Shown one piece after another: positions 60,880 to 64,000 of a DNA stretch of 64,000 bases. The notes below the pieces were generated by a model, which worked only from the letters and a program-made list of their open reading frames with translations, ran no database searches and was not told the DNA's origin. The stretch comes from Thermoplasmatales archaeon SW_10_69_26. Lineage in GTDB: Archaea; Thermoplasmatota; SW-10-69-26. The stretch spans positions 32,001-96,000 of the forward strand of contig PXUB01000038.1 in NCBI GenBank assembly GCA_003009755.1, written 5' to 3'. How positions within the stretch are numbered: position 1 is the stretch's first letter; every line of letters begins with the position of its first letter. The position numbers and the translations under genes are program-made.

Positions 60880-62174
60880 CTGTTCGCGCCTCGTGGCCCA
60901 CGTGGGTGTTCCTGGCAGTCGTGTTGGGGTTGGCCGGCTCGGCGGGTGCTTTGTCGGCCGAGATCCAGGACGACGACGGGATTCTCCTCGGAACGGGTGA
61001 TGAGGGAGAGGTTCCCGTAGCCCTGGATGCCGATGCCCGTTCCGAACCCGTCCGCATCGCCTGGAGCCAGCCCAAACTCGGAGTGAACGGGTCGCAGATC
61101 GTCGAGGGGAACCGAAGCCAAGTCGAGATCGGGATCCAGCCCACCAAGGTGGGAACGGGCGTCGTGGGGGTCGAAGCCCGCCAAGGAAACGATACCGTGC
61201 AACTTCGGATCCGCGCTGCCTCGGTACCGAAACTCGGGATCCAGATCTCCGGGGTCAGCGAACAACCGTCTCGAACGGCCCATCTATTCGCGAATGGAGA
61301 CCGCACTTACAGACTGCATCTTCAAAACCACGGCCCGGTCGACATCTCGACCCAGTTGCGCTTCCTCACGGTCAACGAGACGATTGACCTGGCTGCAGGG
61401 GAGACCAAGATCCTGGAGGACCGATATCTGGAGGACCATCGCTCGGACCTGGTAGGGGACCAGGTGGAAGTGCTCGTCGGCCAAACCTGGACCACACCAC
61501 TGAAGCCTGAGGGCGGTCGCTACCTGCTCGAGGTCCACGTCCACAACGAACCGACCATCGTCCCCCGGATCGACGCCCGCACAGAACAGAAGGACAGCGA
61601 GCAGCAGCTCGTCGGAAACGTAACCCTCGTTCCCGTCGGCGAGGGAGTCGGGTTCTCGGGCCAGCTTTCGATCAGTCCCGTCGGCCCGCCAGTCCCTTGT
61701 GCCCCCCAGGAGAGGCGTCCGCTCGTTTCGGACGACCCCGGGTCCGTCCATCGCACCCTCTCGATCGAATGGCCCTGCGCCACGGATGCGCGGATCACCG
61801 TGACAGGGACGGGTTCATCTGGGGTGACTGTACGGGAAACCGAAACGGTCTCCGTGGACGCACCGAGCCCCGATCTGGCCGCGCCTCCACTGATTGGACC
61901 CGACGAACGGTTGCCGACGAGGGACGGCTGGACCTCGATACTCTGGCCCGCCCCTCCGGTCGAGGTTAGCGGGCCGGAACTAAACGCAGACGTGTTCGTC
62001 GACGAGGACGGTACGCCCGCAGCCAGCGGCTCGTTCCGCCTGTGGCTCGTCCGGTCGAACGCGTCGGTGCCCGTCGGCGAAGTGGATGTCGGCTCGGACC
62101 TGCAAAGCGTGGTCGCCGCTGCAGGACCGATAGCGCTCGCGGTCGGCCTCGCACCGTTCACGCGGTTCCCGTGA
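60876..62174 (+). CDS. Secreted, C-terminally anchored protein of unknown function
   Basis: GTGA overlap with the upstream gene, GAGGAGG RBS, signal peptide, beta-rich body, hydrophobic C-tail. Confidence 0.65.
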   Translation: MTVRASWPTWVFLAVVLGLAGSAGALSAEIQDDDGILLGTGDEGEVPVALDADARSEPVRIAWSQPKLGVNGSQIVEGNRSQVEIGIQPTKVGTGVVGVEARQGNDTVQLRIRAASVPKLGIQISGVSEQPSRTAHLFANGDRTYRLHLQNHGPVDISTQLRFLTVNETIDLAAGETKILEDRYLEDHRSDLVGDQVEVLVGQTWTTPLKPEGGRYLLEVHVHNEPTIVPRIDARTEQKDSEQQLVGNVTLVPVGEGVGFSGQLSISPVGPPVPCAPQERRPLVSDDPGSVHRTLSIEWPCATDARITVTGTGSSGVTVRETETVSVDAPSPDLAAPPLIGPDERLPTRDGWTSILWPAPPVEVSGPELNADVFVDEDGTPAASGSFRLWLVRSNASVPVGEVDVGSDLQSVVAAAGPIALAVGLAPFTRFP

Positions 62175-62425
62175 ACCGAAACAGAGGGCTCACAATGGAC
62201 GTTAATGTACGTTAAGTGCTTCTCTGCGTGTCTCAGTACGGCCTCGAGCCCCACTATCCGACAAGCACGGACCACCGTCGTCCAGGGGAACGATAGACCC
62301 ATTGTTCCCGATCGTCCCGCGCTCAACCCCGATGAAACCGGGTTACTGAAAGCGGTCGAGAAGCACTTATACGTTAAAATCACTGGAGACGCGCCCGACG
62401 AGGCACCCACCGCGGGAGGCATGCG

Positions 62426-63163
<738 letters not shown>

Positions 63164-64000
63164 TATCACGCGCTCGGGCCCGACGCTAGCGACCGCGGTC
63201 CTGACCACGGTCGTGGGCCTCTAGACTGCCGGCCATGCTTGGGTTAAGCTCTCGCTCGGCCTCAGGCGGTGAAAGCGCGGAGCCGAGACGAAGGAATGCC
63301 CGGAGGGCATTTCGAGGTCGAAGGCGACAACGCTTGCCACAGGCGTACTCGTGGAACTCGCGTCGTCGCCGCCTGAGGGCGGCCCCGCCGTGAGGGGGGT
63401 CACGGAGACCGCTCCCCCTCGATTTGGTGAACATTTCCTGGCCAACCGCTCGTATGGGGAGACCGTGGGACCGGAAATGTTCTGGTGCGCCGGTCTGAGG
63501 CGGGCAATCTCTTTGTCGCCCTCCGTCGAAAACCCACAGGGGGTTTCCTTCCTCGGGCTCCGCGACCTTGCCACGCTCAGACCGGCGCGAGAGCTTAAGC
63601 AAAACACGTCCGGCAGTCTAAGCCGCCGGGGGGAGGGCGCCGGTCAGGTCGCAGACGAACCCGTCCACGTCGTCCGGGATCTCGTCGCTGGCCCAACAAC
63701 GACACCGGCTCGTGGACGATCAGCTCCACGAGCTGGTCCACGAGGAGCCCGGGATCGGCCTCGCCATCGACGAGCCCCTCCGCCAGCGACCGGGCGACGA
63801 GCCTCGCCAGCATCGCCACGCGTTTGGGGATGCCCGGCCTCGACGTGTCGAGGCGGCCGGTGCGCGCCAGCTACGTCTACGTGTGCTCGTCGGCGCGCGC
63901 TCGGATCTGGGCGGCCTCGGGCTCGGCCTCCGTGGGTGGGCGATCGCCTTGGAAGGCGACCGCTTCGTGGTCCCGGGTCGGGTCGACGACGGTCAAGGAC

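Overview
High-GC archaeal chromosome segment with a strongly acidic (D/E-rich) proteome, consistent with a salt-in halophile. The gene order (rpl18e-rpl13-rps9-rpoN-tRNA-Pro without rpoK/eno) argues against Halobacteria; a halophilic Thermoplasmatota-type lineage is my inference. Core content: sulfotransferase/glycosyltransferase cluster, polyprenyl synthase plus menA, ribosomal protein cluster, pyrG-AK6-CDP-alcohol transferase-htpX, grpE, lipA with 2-oxoacid dehydrogenase E1a/E1b/E2 and a displaced E3, gltX, a linked 16S-tRNA-Ala-23S-5S operon, tRNA-Pro and tRNA-Cys. There are two visibly lower-GC islands. One (about 27.7-31.6 kb) has an IS6-family element and a frameshift-split tandem beta-helix gene. 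The other (about 58.6-63.6 kb) has an FKBP-like foldase, a secreted 10-Cys peptide precursor and an ABC exporter, and is partly decayed. Best leads: (1) the Cys-rich peptide export island; (2) a ferritin-like diiron/E2-acyltransferase fusion interrupted by one in-frame TAG, downstream of a winged-helix protein with an iron-staple-like Cys pattern; (3) an H-NOX-like domain fused to MenA; (4) hairpin chains with about 125-140 nt duplications anchored on gene 3' ends; (5) an apparent deletion of about 75 nt in 23S rRNA domain I. Several single-site lesions co-occur in this window, so assembly error must be excluded before any of them is treated as biology. All assignments are by eye from motifs; no searches were run.
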